A DNA stretch of 64,000 nucleotides from assembly GCA_009837885.1 (NCBI GenBank), contig VXSP01000045.1, forward strand, positions 325,526 through 389,525. The letters are read 5' to 3'. Made by a program: the position numbers and the translations under genes. This document shows positions 1-9,526 of this stretch, in pieces; the stretch's first letter is position 1; each line of letters begins with the position of its first letter. The notes beneath the pieces are model-generated. The model was not told the origin of the DNA. It did not search any database and saw only the letters and a program-made list of their open reading frames with translations. Origin of the DNA: Holophagales bacterium. GTDB taxonomy: Bacteria; Acidobacteriota; Thermoanaerobaculia; Multivoradales; Multivoraceae.

Positions 1-2
1 AC

Positions 3-764
3 GAAGCGGCGCGCCGCTTCGAACGCGCCCTGGGACTCCGGCCGTCGTACTGGGCGGCGCGCGTCCGGCTCGGCAACGCCCTGCTAGCCGCGGGTAACGC
101 GAGTGGCGCCGAGGCGGCGTTCCGCGCGGTGCGGGCCGCGTCTCCCGGCACGCCCTGGGGCGAACTCGGATTGGGCAAGACGGCCCGCCGCCAAGGCGAG
201 CCCGAGACCGCGGCTCAACATCTGCGCACGGCGCTGGCGCTCGATCCGGCCCATCGCGAGACCCGCTATCTGCTGGCGATGACGGAGCGGCAGCTCGGCA
301 ACTCCGAGCGCGCCGGAGAACTGTTGGCCGGCCTGGAGGCCGCGGAAGTCTCCAGCCTCGACGATCCGATGCTGGAGGCCGTGTTCGAACTCGTCCGGGA
401 CACGCAGACCATGATCCGGACCGCGAACCAGCGGTTGGCCGAAGGGAACCACGTCGCCGCGGGGCGCCTCTACCGCGAGGTGCTGCGGCTCGATCCGGAT
501 TCCTACGACGCGCACCTCAACCTGGGCGTGCTCCACGGTCTGGCCGACCGCAACCAGGAGGCCGCCGCGGCGCTGGAGAGGGCGCTCGAGATCGATCCGG
601 ACCGGGCCGACGCCTACGCGCTTCTCACGATCGCCTACATCAGGACCGGACGTGCCGAAGAAGGCTTGCGTCAGTTGGAAAAGGCGCTCGAGTTGGACCC
701 CGATCATCCTCGTGCGCGAGAGATTCTCCGCAGCCTGGGCGGCAGTTTGGAACAGTTGCGCTAA
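3..764 (+). CDS. TPR-repeat protein, 5' end outside the window
   Basis: Frame 3 is open from the window edge. Repeated TPR-like motifs are present (ALxLDPxxxxAxxxLG...). The track ORF 129..764 is the in-frame 3' part. Confidence 0.6.
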   Translation, partial: EAARRFERALGLRPSYWAARVRLGNALLAAGNASGAEAAFRAVRAASPGTPWGELGLGKTARRQGEPETAAQHLRTALALDPAHRETRYLLAMTERQLGNSERAGELLAGLEAAEVSSLDDPMLEAVFELVRDTQTMIRTANQRLAEGNHVAAGRLYREVLRLDPDSYDAHLNLGVLHGLADRNQEAAAALERALEIDPDRADAYALLTIAYIRTGRAEEGLRQLEKALELDPDHPRAREILRSLGGSLEQLR

Positions 765-1024
765 CATCTGATGTTTGGCCCCACTGGGACGGCTCTTGCG
801 CCGCCTGGTCAACGGCGCGCCGGAGTTGTCCTGGTGAGACTCCAGGTCGGTTCCCCGGCGTGAAGCAACGTCCGAGGCTCCGACCCGGAGTTGAACGGGC
901 AGCCGGGAATCACGAAGCGTGGTGATTCCCTCGGCTCACAGGGGTCTTCTCCAGCAGACGGGAGAATGCCTCAGGCGGCCGGAAGTGGCCGGTACGAGAT
1001 CGGAGATGGCCGGTCTGTCCGGCT

Positions 1025-1044
1025 GGAGAGTCAATTGTCTCTCC
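1025..1044. promoter_or_regulatory. Near-palindromic 20-bp site (GGAGAGTCAATTGTCTCTCC) about 60 nt upstream of the nuclease gene
   Basis: Dyad symmetry with two mismatches, seen directly. Candidate operator. Confidence 0.25.
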
Positions 1045-1102
1045 GCCCCTCGCTGCCCGTCGGGTCGCGATTCAGCGAAGGTCGACCGAGAGGGGGGTTC
1101 AG

Positions 1103-4100
1103 ATGGATACGAGAGTCTTGTGCGCGGCGCGGCGTTTCGCCGCGGGCTGCGTGTTGTCCATGGGTGGCGTTGGGGCTGGTTACGGACAGATCGTGATCAA
1201 CGAGATCATGCAGAACCCCAGTGCTGTCAACGACAACCAGGGCGAGTGGTTCGAGCTCTACAACGCGGGGAGTGAGACGGTCGACCTGAACACCTGGACG
1301 ATCAAGGACGATGGCAGCAACACGTTCACCATCTCCAGCAGCACGGAAATCACTGCGGGCGGTTACCTCGTCTTCGGAATCAACGCGACGACATCGTCCA
1401 ACGGGGGCGTCACGGTCGACTACGACTATCCGAACGGCTTCTCTCTGAGCAACGGCGACGACGAACTCGTGCTTCTGGATGGCACAAGCACGGAGCAGGA
1501 CCGCGTCAACTGGGACGGCGGACCGAACTTTCCCGACCCGAACGGAGCCTCGATGGCGCTCAAGGCGACCGACCTCGACAACAACGTCGGTTCCAACTGG
1601 TGCGAGGCGACGACCAGCTACGGCGACGGCGACAAGGGCACGCCCGGCGCCGCGAACGACTGTCCGACGGCGCCGGTGGACTTCACGGGCGCCATCTATG
1701 ACATTCAGGGGAGCGGTGCCGAAAGCCCCCACGTTGGCGCCAAAGTCACGACGAACGACAACGTAGTGACCGCGGTAGGCGCGGGCGGCTTCTTCATCCA
1801 GACCCCAACCGCGGCCAGCGACAGCGACGCCGACACCTCGGACGGGATCTTCGTTCTCTACGACGGAACGACGACGATCAACGCAGGCGACCAGGTCGAC
1901 GTGGTGGGCGAAGCCGAGGAGTTCTTCGGTTTCACCCGGATCAACGCCACGATGTCCATTACCGATGCGTCGGTCACCGTCGACGCCAGCAACCAGACGT
2001 TGCCCGATCCGGTGGCTTTCGGCGCGACGGTGCCTTCGGGTGACCCAGCGAGTCCCAGTTGCGCGATCGAGTACGAGTGCTATGAGGGCATGCGGATCCG
2101 GATCGCGTCGGGCACGGTGAGCAGCGGCAGCCAGTTCTTTCGTAGCGACCCGGTTGCCGAGATGTACATCACTCCCACTTCGTCGCGCGCGTTTCGGGAG
2201 AAGGGTCTCGAGTATCCGGGCGACACGACGAACACGAACATCCCCGTTTGGGACACGAATCCCGAGCTCTTCGAACTCGACCCGAACAAGCTGCGTGACG
2301 AGAACGAGTCCTGGGTGCCCGGGACGGCGTTTTCGGCAACGGGTGTCCTCGGTTACGAGTTCGGTGGCTATGAACTCTGGCCGACCGAGTTGACGCGCCT
2401 CACCGCAGCCACCGCTCTGCCACGACCGGTCCGGCAGCGAAGGGCGGGCGAGGTGTCGGTCGCGTCACTGAACCTGCTGAACCTGAACGCTTCGGCCGGG
2501 GACTACGACACGAAGCTGGTCAAGCTGTCCCGCTACATACGTGAGGTCTTGCGATCTCCGGACGTCATCGGCATCCAGGAGGTCTTCACGATCGAAGCAC
2601 TGACCGCGCTGGGCAACAAGATTCGAACCGATGGCGGTCCTACGTACACGGCGTACGTCGAAGTGGGCAACCAGCCGACCGGGGCGAACGTCGGCTTCCT
2701 TGTGCGCTCGGGAGTCACGGTCGACGCGGTTACCCAGCACAACAAGAGCGAGACGTTCGTCAACCCGACAACGACCAACAACGACATCCTGCACGACCGG
2801 CCGCCGCTGCAGCTCGATGCGTCCGTCACCGGCATCGAGTTCTCGGTGATCGTCATTCACAACCGCTCGTTCATCGATGTCGACACCGATCGGGTGCAGG
2901 TTAAGCGCCTGGAACAGGCCGAGTCCGTAGCAGCCCTGGCTCAGGCGCGCCAGGACTCGAAGCTGATCATCGTCGGCGACTTCAACGCGTATCAGTTCAC
3001 CGACGGCTACTCCGACATCGTCGGCGTGATTTCGGGCGACTTCACGGCCAGTGAGAGTAAACGTCCCGGAATGGACCTGGTGAATCCGAACCTCAAGAAC
3101 CTGGTCGCGGATCTGGAAGCAGCGGAACAGTACTCCTACGTGTTCCGGGGCAACGCCCAGGCGCTTGATCATGCTCTGGTCAATGCAGAGATGCAGCCGA
3201 GCGTGGTCGAGATGGTCTACGCGCGGGGCAACGCGGATGCGGCGGAAGGCGAGGAGGAAAACGCGGGCTCAGCTCTCTACGCCTCCGACCACGACGGTTT
3301 CGTGGTGTTCCTGTCGGCGCCGGGTCGTGCGGCTCCGCAAGCGCCGGGCGATCCGGGTGGCGGCACACCGCAGACAGCGGATCTGGACCTCGGCGCCGAA
3401 AGCCAGATCGTCTCGAACAGCATGGTTCGCTACGACGTCAGTGTCGAAAACGAGGGTCCCGGCATCGCTCGTGACGTCGTTGTCATGAGTTCCTTCTCGG
3501 GCGGCGTCGCCCCAGTGGAGGCGAGGACCTCCGGCTGCGAGGAGGATCCGGGTGGCGTACCGGAGTGCAGTCTCGGCGACATCCGGGTCGGAGAGTCCGC
3601 CTCGTTCAGGATCAACGTAGACACCGGCGGCGCCAGTGAGGCGTCGCTCCGGTACAGCGGCTCCATCGTCAGCGACACGTCGGATCCGACGCCGGAGGAT
3701 GACGATATCGACATCTCCCAGCCGCTCGGTCCGCCGAACATTCCCAGCGATCTCGTGGCGACGGCGATCAGTTCGACCGAGATCGAACTCCGCTGGAAGG
3801 ACAACTCGAGCGTCGAGACCGGCTTCGAGGTCTTCCTTCAGGGTCCAGGCGACTCGAGGCTGCGGCTGATCGGGTCGGTGCCCCGGAACACGACCTCCAT
3901 GATCGTCGCCGATCTGGTGCCCGACATCAGGTACAACTTTGCTGTCGAAGCACACAATGGCCCGCTGCGCTCGGGACAGACGCCGAAGGCAACCGCGACG
4001 ACATGGTTCTCGGACGCAGCCGGCTGTGCTGATGATTCCGTGCTCTGCGTCGGGAGCTTTGAGGTCGAGGTCGAGTGGACAGCGGCCGACGGCAGGACGG

Positions 4101-4834
4101 GGCGCGGCGTCGCCGAGCGGTTGACCGCGGAGACCGGGGACTTCTGGTTCTTCCATCCGGCGAACATCGAGATGGTGATCAAGGTACTGGACGGTTGCCG
4201 GATCAACGGTCACTACTGGGTCTTTGCCGCCGGTCTGACCGACGTCCAGGTGACGACGACCGTTCGCGACCTCCGCAGTGGCCTGGAGATGAGCTGGACC
4301 AACCCGCAGGGCACCCTGTTCGAGCCAATCGCGGATTCGGAGGCGTTCGCCACCTGCGGAAGTGCGTCGAGCGTGGCCGTCGCGAGCCGGGTACGGCTCA
4401 GCGGCGCTCCGCGGGAACGCGCTGTCGACCTCTATCAGGCGAGTCTGGCCGAGAGTGATCGACTCGATCTGGCCAGCACGGCCTGTGCGGCGAGCGAGAC
4501 AGCGCTGTGCCTGCAGAGTGCCCGCTACGAGGTGCGTGCGAACTGGCAGGCCGGTGAGCAGGAGGGCGAGGCGATGGGCATGCCACGCACTCCCGACACC
4601 GGCATGTTCTGGTTCTTCAACCCGGACAACGTCGAACTGATCGTCAAGGTGCTCGATGGTTGCGCCCTCAATGGCCACCGCTGGGTGCTGATGGGCGGTC
4701 TGACGGATGTCGGCGTCGATATCTTCGTGACGGACAGCGAAACCGGCGAAGCGAGGATCTACGGGAGTCCGGGCGCTTCGGCTTTCCAGACGATGTTCGA
4801 CACAACGGCGTTCTCATGTGGCGCTGGGAAGTAG
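1103..4834 (+). CDS. Large secreted multidomain nuclease: lamin-tail domain (LTD) + EEP endonuclease/exonuclease/phosphatase domain + FN3 + two tandem Cys-containing C-terminal repeats
   Basis: N-terminal signal peptide. The LTD signature reads NEIMQNPSAVNDNQGEWFELYN. EEP motifs are present (IGIQEV, IIVGDFNAY, YASDHDG). The FN3-like stretch is PSDLVATAISSTEIELRWKD. Two roughly 105-aa repeats are visible (DFWFFHPANIEMVIKVLDGC... and MFWFFNPDNVELIVKVLDGC...). Confidence 0.8.
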   Translation: MDTRVLCAARRFAAGCVLSMGGVGAGYGQIVINEIMQNPSAVNDNQGEWFELYNAGSETVDLNTWTIKDDGSNTFTISSSTEITAGGYLVFGINATTSSNGGVTVDYDYPNGFSLSNGDDELVLLDGTSTEQDRVNWDGGPNFPDPNGASMALKATDLDNNVGSNWCEATTSYGDGDKGTPGAANDCPTAPVDFTGAIYDIQGSGAESPHVGAKVTTNDNVVTAVGAGGFFIQTPTAASDSDADTSDGIFVLYDGTTTINAGDQVDVVGEAEEFFGFTRINATMSITDASVTVDASNQTLPDPVAFGATVPSGDPASPSCAIEYECYEGMRIRIASGTVSSGSQFFRSDPVAEMYITPTSSRAFREKGLEYPGDTTNTNIPVWDTNPELFELDPNKLRDENESWVPGTAFSATGVLGYEFGGYELWPTELTRLTAATALPRPVRQRRAGEVSVASLNLLNLNASAGDYDTKLVKLSRYIREVLRSPDVIGIQEVFTIEALTALGNKIRTDGGPTYTAYVEVGNQPTGANVGFLVRSGVTVDAVTQHNKSETFVNPTTTNNDILHDRPPLQLDASVTGIEFSVIVIHNRSFIDVDTDRVQVKRLEQAESVAALAQARQDSKLIIVGDFNAYQFTDGYSDIVGVISGDFTASESKRPGMDLVNPNLKNLVADLEAAEQYSYVFRGNAQALDHALVNAEMQPSVVEMVYARGNADAAEGEEENAGSALYASDHDGFVVFLSAPGRAAPQAPGDPGGGTPQTADLDLGAESQIVSNSMVRYDVSVENEGPGIARDVVVMSSFSGGVAPVEARTSGCEEDPGGVPECSLGDIRVGESASFRINVDTGGASEASLRYSGSIVSDTSDPTPEDDDIDISQPLGPPNIPSDLVATAISSTEIELRWKDNSSVETGFEVFLQGPGDSRLRLIGSVPRNTTSMIVADLVPDIRYNFAVEAHNGPLRSGQTPKATATTWFSDAAGCADDSVLCVGSFEVEVEWTAADGRTGRGVAERLTAETGDFWFFHPANIEMVIKVLDGCRINGHYWVFAAGLTDVQVTTTVRDLRSGLEMSWTNPQGTLFEPIADSEAFATCGSASSVAVASRVRLSGAPRERAVDLYQASLAESDRLDLASTACAASETALCLQSARYEVRANWQAGEQEGEAMGMPRTPDTGMFWFFNPDNVELIVKVLDGCALNGHRWVLMGGLTDVGVDIFVTDSETGEARIYGSPGASAFQTMFDTTAFSCGAGK

Positions 4835-5011
4835 GTCCGCCGGCAGATCCTCAACGCCGAGATACTTCGCGTCGTAGGCGGTCCCCCAGAACACCTGCGT
4901 GGGGTGGTCCACGGCGGCTGCGGGCGAGTAAGTGCCGCGGTCCTGGGCGGGTAGGGCGCCGGTCAGCGACACGGCTGCCACGGTGCCGAGCAACGCGGTG
5001 TTCGGCTTCAT
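4814..5011 (-). CDS. Small secreted protein (about 65 aa), hypothetical; convergently overlaps the nuclease 3' end
   Basis: ATG at 5011 is preceded by a strong SD (GGAGGT about 10 nt upstream). The N-terminus is signal-peptide-like (MKPNTALLGTVAAVSLTGALPAQ). No homology is recognised. Confidence 0.3.
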   Translation of the reverse strand: MKPNTALLGTVAAVSLTGALPAQDRGTYSPAAAVDHPTQVFWGTAYDAKYLGVEDLPADLLPSAT

Positions 5012-5094
5012 CCCCTGGCTACCTCCGGAAGTAGGGTCGGCGGCGTAGCCGCCGGTCGCTATCATCGCGCGCTTGGACGGAAGGAGGCGGCGAC

Positions 5095-6126
5095 GTGTTG
5101 AAGGCGGTTCAGTTGGGTCAGAAGTGCGGACTCCGGGTGTCGGAGCTGTGCCTGGGAACGATGAACTTCGGAGAGCCGGGCAGGGGTCACCAGGGCGACT
5201 GGACGCTCGATATCGACGCCTCTCGGCCGATCTTCCAGGCCGCCATTGAGCGTGGACTCTTCTACTTCGACTGCGCGGACATCTATGGCATCGGCGCCTG
5301 CGAGCGGGTGGTCGGGGCGCTCCTGCGCGAGCTGCTGCCGCGCGACGAGTACGTGATCTCGACCAAGGTGTCCATGCCGATGGGCCGGTCGCCGAACCAG
5401 GGCGGGCTGTCCCGCAAGCACATCATGGAGGGGGTCGACGGTTGTTTGCAGCGGCTGGGCCTGGACTACATCGACCAGTTGATCATCCATCGCCACCCGC
5501 ACGGCATTCCCGGCCAGGTCCAGGCGCCGATCGAGGAGACGCTGGAGGCCCTGCACGACGTGGTCAAGGCCGGCAAGGCCCTCTACCTTGGCGCGTCGTC
5601 CATGTTCGCGTGGCAGTTCACCGAGCTCCAGATGACGGCGCAGCGGAACGGCTGGACCGAGTTCGTGTCGATGCAGAACCACTACAACCTCGTCTACCGG
5701 GAGGAGGAGCGTGAGATGAACCCGTACTGCGCCCGGACCGGCGTGGCGCTGACTCCGTGGTCGCCGCTGGCACGCGGCATTCTCACGGGCTCGTACAAGG
5801 GCAGCTTCGACGAGGGCGGAACGGACCGCTCGAAGGGCGGCGACCGGGTCCGCACCGAGATGCTCTACGGCGGCGCCGCCACCTTCGACATCGCCGACCG
5901 GGTGGTCGAAGTGGCCGGGAAGTACGGCCGCACGCCGGCGCAGATCTCGCTGGCCTGGCTGGTGAACAAGCCCGAGGTCACATCGCCCGTCGTCGGCGTG
6001 TCGAAGATCTCCCAGATCGAGCAGCTCGTCGAGGCGACGACGATCGACCTCGATGCGGAGGACGTCGCCTACCTGGAGGAGCTGTACCAGCCGGTCGAGA
6101 ACCTGCTGTCGCGCGGTCACTCCTGA
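5095..6126 (+). CDS. Aldo/keto reductase family oxidoreductase
   Basis: AKR signature regions are readable in the translation (LGTMNFG, YFDCADIYG, STKV, LGLDYIDQLIIHR). Length is 343 aa. Confidence 0.85.
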   Translation: MLKAVQLGQKCGLRVSELCLGTMNFGEPGRGHQGDWTLDIDASRPIFQAAIERGLFYFDCADIYGIGACERVVGALLRELLPRDEYVISTKVSMPMGRSPNQGGLSRKHIMEGVDGCLQRLGLDYIDQLIIHRHPHGIPGQVQAPIEETLEALHDVVKAGKALYLGASSMFAWQFTELQMTAQRNGWTEFVSMQNHYNLVYREEEREMNPYCARTGVALTPWSPLARGILTGSYKGSFDEGGTDRSKGGDRVRTEMLYGGAATFDIADRVVEVAGKYGRTPAQISLAWLVNKPEVTSPVVGVSKISQIEQLVEATTIDLDAEDVAYLEELYQPVENLLSRGHS

Positions 6127-6176
6127 GCGTTCCCGGCCTGCCGTCGGGCGCCCAGCCGCTATCATCGGCGGCGACC

Positions 6177-8015
6177 TTGAAGCATCGCGTTCATCCGGGA
6201 GGCTGCGCGGCGGTGGCGATCGCCTGCTGCATCGCCCTGCCTGTAGCTGCCATCGGCGCGCCGGTCGATACGGCCGGCCACGCCTGGGTCGGCGACCTGG
6301 CGCCGCTGGCCGAGTCGGACTTCGGTTACGAGCAGGCGGCGCACCTGCTGGAACGGGCCGGCTTCGGCGGTACGCCGGCGGAGATCGAGGAACTCGTTTC
6401 GCTCGGGCTGGAAGGCGCCGTCGCCCGGCTCGTGGACTACGAGACGATCGACGACTCGGCGCTCACGCCGTTCGACGAATCCGGGATCTGGGATCCGGGC
6501 ATGGACCCGTTCCCGCCCAGCCGGGCGGCGGCGGTGCGGCGAGCGCGGCGGCACGGCCGGTCGCTCGGCGTGGACGTCCTACCCGAGGGTTCGTCGCGGC
6601 CGATCCAGCCGGTGGTCGACAAGTTCTTCTACGGGCTGCGCAGCAACGTGCTGGAGACGCGGCGGCTGGCGCTGTGGTGGGCCGATCGGATGGTGGTGAC
6701 GCCGCGGCCGCTGGAAGAGAAGATGACCCTCTTCTGGCACGACCACTTCGCGACCTCGGAAGTCAAGGTCCGCGACGCGCGCAAGATGCACCTCCAGAAC
6801 CGGACGTTGCGTACTCATGCCACGGCGGACTTCAAGAGCCTGGTGCTCGCGGTAATGCGCGATCCGGCGATGCTGGTTTACCTCGACAACCGGGAGAACG
6901 TGAAGGACCACCCGAACGAGAACTTCGGCCGCGAGCTGCTCGAGCTGTTCACGATGGGGGTCGGCAACTACACCGAGCAGGACATTCGCGAGGCGTCGCG
7001 GGCGTTCACCGGCTGGACGAACGACGTCCTCGACTTCCGGTTCGACGCCGATCTCCATGACGGTGGCCCGAAGACCTTCCTGGGGCGCGAGGGGAACCTG
7101 GGCGGCGAGGAAGTGCTCGACATCATCCTCGAGCAGCCGGCGACCGGCGAGTTCATCGCCGGCAAGGTTTACCGCTACCTGGTGCGGGAGGAACTCGACC
7201 CGGCGCTCCAGGTCGAACTGGGCCGGCGCCTGCGCGAATCGGGATACGAACTGAAGGCGCTGCTGCGAACGATCCTGTCGTCGCGGGACTTCTACAGTCC
7301 GCCGTCGGTCGCCACCCAGATCAAGAGCCCGGTCGCTCTCTTTGTCTCGACGTACCGCAAGTTCGGCGTGCCGACGGCGCCCACGGTACCCGACATGAAC
7401 AGCCTCGCGGGTCGCCTGGGCCAGCAACTGCTCTACCCGCCGAACGTGGCCGGCTGGGCGGGCGGGCGCACCTGGATCACGCCGGCGACGTTGCTCGAGC
7501 GCGGCAACGCGATGCGTTCCGTCCTCTTTCCGCCGGCGCTCGAGGAGTTCGGCCATCCGGACCGGCGGATGCCCGGGATCTATCGCCAGGTCGGCGAGCG
7601 TCTGGCGCGGGGCATGACGATCACGGCGGCGACGAAGCAGGGCGACGCCGCGTCGAACACGCTGGCCGACGCGGATGAGGAGTACAACACCCGCTACGGC
7701 GGCTATCGCGGCTACGTGGTGGCCTACGAGCGGGTCAAGCTCGTGCCGCGCCACGTCCTCGACGTCGACGTGCGAGGCATGGTGTTGGCGGCCGGCGCCA
7801 CCGACGCCGGGGGAGCGGTCGACCACCTCCTCCACCGGTTCCTGCGTGTTCCGCTGACCGAGCAGGGACGCGCGGCGCTGGTGCGGCACCTGGAGCGCGA
7901 ACTCGAGTCGACCGGCCTGGAGGCACAGGCACCGGGCGCGACCGGGAAAGTCGAGGAAGCGCTACGCTCGACCCTCTACCTCGTCTTCAGTTCGCCCGAG
8001 TATCAGTTGGGCTGA
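6177..8015 (+). CDS. DUF1800 family protein (secreted)
   Basis: Conserved DUF1800 core is present (FWHDHFATS, VMRDPAMLVYLDN, ELFTMGVGNYTEQDIREASRAFTGW). The track ORF is over-extended 5' into the AKR gene. TTG at 6177 gives a signal peptide (MKHRVHPGGCAAVAIACCIALPVAAIGA). A CTG at 6123 overlapping the AKR stop is an alternative start. Confidence 0.7.
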   Translation: MKHRVHPGGCAAVAIACCIALPVAAIGAPVDTAGHAWVGDLAPLAESDFGYEQAAHLLERAGFGGTPAEIEELVSLGLEGAVARLVDYETIDDSALTPFDESGIWDPGMDPFPPSRAAAVRRARRHGRSLGVDVLPEGSSRPIQPVVDKFFYGLRSNVLETRRLALWWADRMVVTPRPLEEKMTLFWHDHFATSEVKVRDARKMHLQNRTLRTHATADFKSLVLAVMRDPAMLVYLDNRENVKDHPNENFGRELLELFTMGVGNYTEQDIREASRAFTGWTNDVLDFRFDADLHDGGPKTFLGREGNLGGEEVLDIILEQPATGEFIAGKVYRYLVREELDPALQVELGRRLRESGYELKALLRTILSSRDFYSPPSVATQIKSPVALFVSTYRKFGVPTAPTVPDMNSLAGRLGQQLLYPPNVAGWAGGRTWITPATLLERGNAMRSVLFPPALEEFGHPDRRMPGIYRQVGERLARGMTITAATKQGDAASNTLADADEEYNTRYGGYRGYVVAYERVKLVPRHVLDVDVRGMVLAAGATDAGGAVDHLLHRFLRVPLTEQGRAALVRHLERELESTGLEAQAPGATGKVEEALRSTLYLVFSSPEYQLG

Positions 8016-8025
8016 GGAGTTCCCG

Positions 8026-9282
8026 ATGGCTGAACGACTTCCCTGCGGCTGTTCGCGGCGCGACTTCCTGCACCGTGGCCTCCTTGGACTTGGCGTCGCC
8101 GCCGGTCTTCCGGCGGTTCTCGGACGTACGTCCGCGGCGCTCGCGCTCGAGGAACTGCGGTCCGGGATCTCGGACGCGTCGGGGCGCATCCTGGTCGTGG
8201 TCGAGCTCTCTGGCGGCAACGACGGGCTGAACACCGTCATCCCGTTCCGCAACGACGAGTACTACCGGGTGCGCCCGAACCTGGGCATCCGCCCGAAGCG
8301 GGCGATCGCCGTCACCGAGGAGGCCGGGTTCCACCCGTCGCTCGTCGGCATGGAGGGCCTCTACAAGGACGGGAACCTGGCGGTCGTCGAGGGCTGCGGC
8401 TACCCGAACCCGAGTCTGTCCCACTTCTCGTCGATGGGCTTCTGGCACACCGGCGTGCCGAACGGCGGCGAGGCGCTTGGCTGGCTGGGCCGTCTCGCGG
8501 ACGATCACGGCCCGGACGGCACGCCCAACTACATCGTCAACGTGGCCAGCTCGCAGTCCCTGGCGGTGCGCGCGGCCAGGCACTCGCCGCTGGTCTTCGA
8601 CGACCCGGGCCGCCTCCGGCGCCAGGGCACGCCGGGCGAGAAACAGGCGCTCGGCCAGTTCGGCACGGACGAGGCGAGCGGCAACGACGCCCTCGACTTC
8701 CTGCGCGGCACGGCCGCCAACGCCGCTTCCAGTGCGGCGCTCGTGCGCGACGCGTGGTCCGGCTACCGCACGCCAGTCGACTACGGCATCGGCGGCCTCG
8801 GCGCCGACCTGCGCAAGGTCGCGGCCTTGATCGAGGCCGAACTGCCCACGCGCATCTACTACGTCAGCTTCCGCGGCAACTCGTTCGACACCCACGTCCA
8901 CCAGGCCGACACCCACGCCCGGCTGCTGATGTACATGTCCGACGCGGTCGCCGGCTTCCTGCGCGACGTCGACCGGATCGGCCGCGCCGACGATGTGGCG
9001 GTGCTGATGTTCACCGAGTTCGGCCGGCGGGTGGAGGAGAACGCGAGCCTCGGCACTGATCACGGCACCGCGGGCCCGATGTTCGTCGCCGGCAAAGGCG
9101 TCGCCGGCGGCTTCTACGGCGACACGCCGAGCCTCACCGACCTCGACGACGGCAACCTGAAGATGACGACCGACTTCCGGCGCGTCTACGCGTCGATGAT
9201 CGAGGGCTGGATGGGAATGGACGACGCCTCCGCGGTCCTCAAGGGCGAGTTCCCGGCGCTGCCGGTGTTCGGCGCGACGTAG
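8026..9282 (+). CDS. DUF1501 family protein (TAT-secreted, sulfatase-like fold)
   Basis: Twin-arginine motif SRRDFLHRGLLGLG. DUF1501 motifs follow (VVVELSGGNDGLNTVIP). It lies immediately downstream of DUF1800, the usual pair. Confidence 0.75.
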   Translation: MAERLPCGCSRRDFLHRGLLGLGVAAGLPAVLGRTSAALALEELRSGISDASGRILVVVELSGGNDGLNTVIPFRNDEYYRVRPNLGIRPKRAIAVTEEAGFHPSLVGMEGLYKDGNLAVVEGCGYPNPSLSHFSSMGFWHTGVPNGGEALGWLGRLADDHGPDGTPNYIVNVASSQSLAVRAARHSPLVFDDPGRLRRQGTPGEKQALGQFGTDEASGNDALDFLRGTAANAASSAALVRDAWSGYRTPVDYGIGGLGADLRKVAALIEAELPTRIYYVSFRGNSFDTHVHQADTHARLLMYMSDAVAGFLRDVDRIGRADDVAVLMFTEFGRRVEENASLGTDHGTAGPMFVAGKGVAGGFYGDTPSLTDLDDGNLKMTTDFRRVYASMIEGWMGMDDASAVLKGEFPALPVFGAT

Positions 9283-9397
9283 GCTTCGGGCTGGCGTTGG
9301 TTGGTGCCGAGATCGCGGCCTGGGAGCGTTCCCTTTCGGCAGTCGACTTCGTTCTCGGTTGACACCGGGAGTCGTCTGTGGTCGGATCCGACATGCG

Positions 9398-9421
9398 AAA
9401 AGACCCGCCGAGAGGCGGGTC
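9398..9421 (-). terminator. Intrinsic-terminator-like hairpin on the minus strand (GACCCGCC-tctc-GGCGGGTC followed by UUUU)
   Basis: Perfect 8-bp stem with 4-nt loop, followed by a T4 tract when read on the minus strand. No minus-strand CDS ends nearby. Confidence 0.4.
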
Positions 9422-9480
9422 GCAGATAGCCATCCGGCCCGAAGCGCTAAGCAACTACAATGGGCGGCTGGCTTTTCATG

Positions 9481-9500
9481 GGGGCTCCCTCGGGAGCCCC
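9481..9500. other. GC-rich perfect hairpin (GGGGCTCCC / GGGAGCCCC) in the DUF1501–NYN intergenic region
   Basis: 9-nt perfect inverted repeat seen directly, 27 nt upstream of the NYN start. Confidence 0.35.
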
Positions 9501-9526
9501 TCGTTAGTTTGCGGCGGAGAGGGTCG

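Noticed and set aside
3269-4678. 469-aa minus-strand ORF inside the nuclease gene
   Set aside because: Low-complexity R/A/G-rich product. It is antisense to a gene with clear LTD/EEP/FN3 domains.
6123-6126. CTGA junction between AKR and DUF1800 as evidence for CTG initiation
   Set aside because: CTGA is simply a TGA stop preceded by C, which is common at this GC. Here a TTG at 6177 gives a good signal peptide, so this junction is not counted as support.
5757-6176. 5' extension of the DUF1800 ORF overlapping the aldo/keto reductase gene
   Set aside because: Open frame caused by high GC. It contradicts the well-supported AKR gene, and a signal-peptide start exists at 6177.
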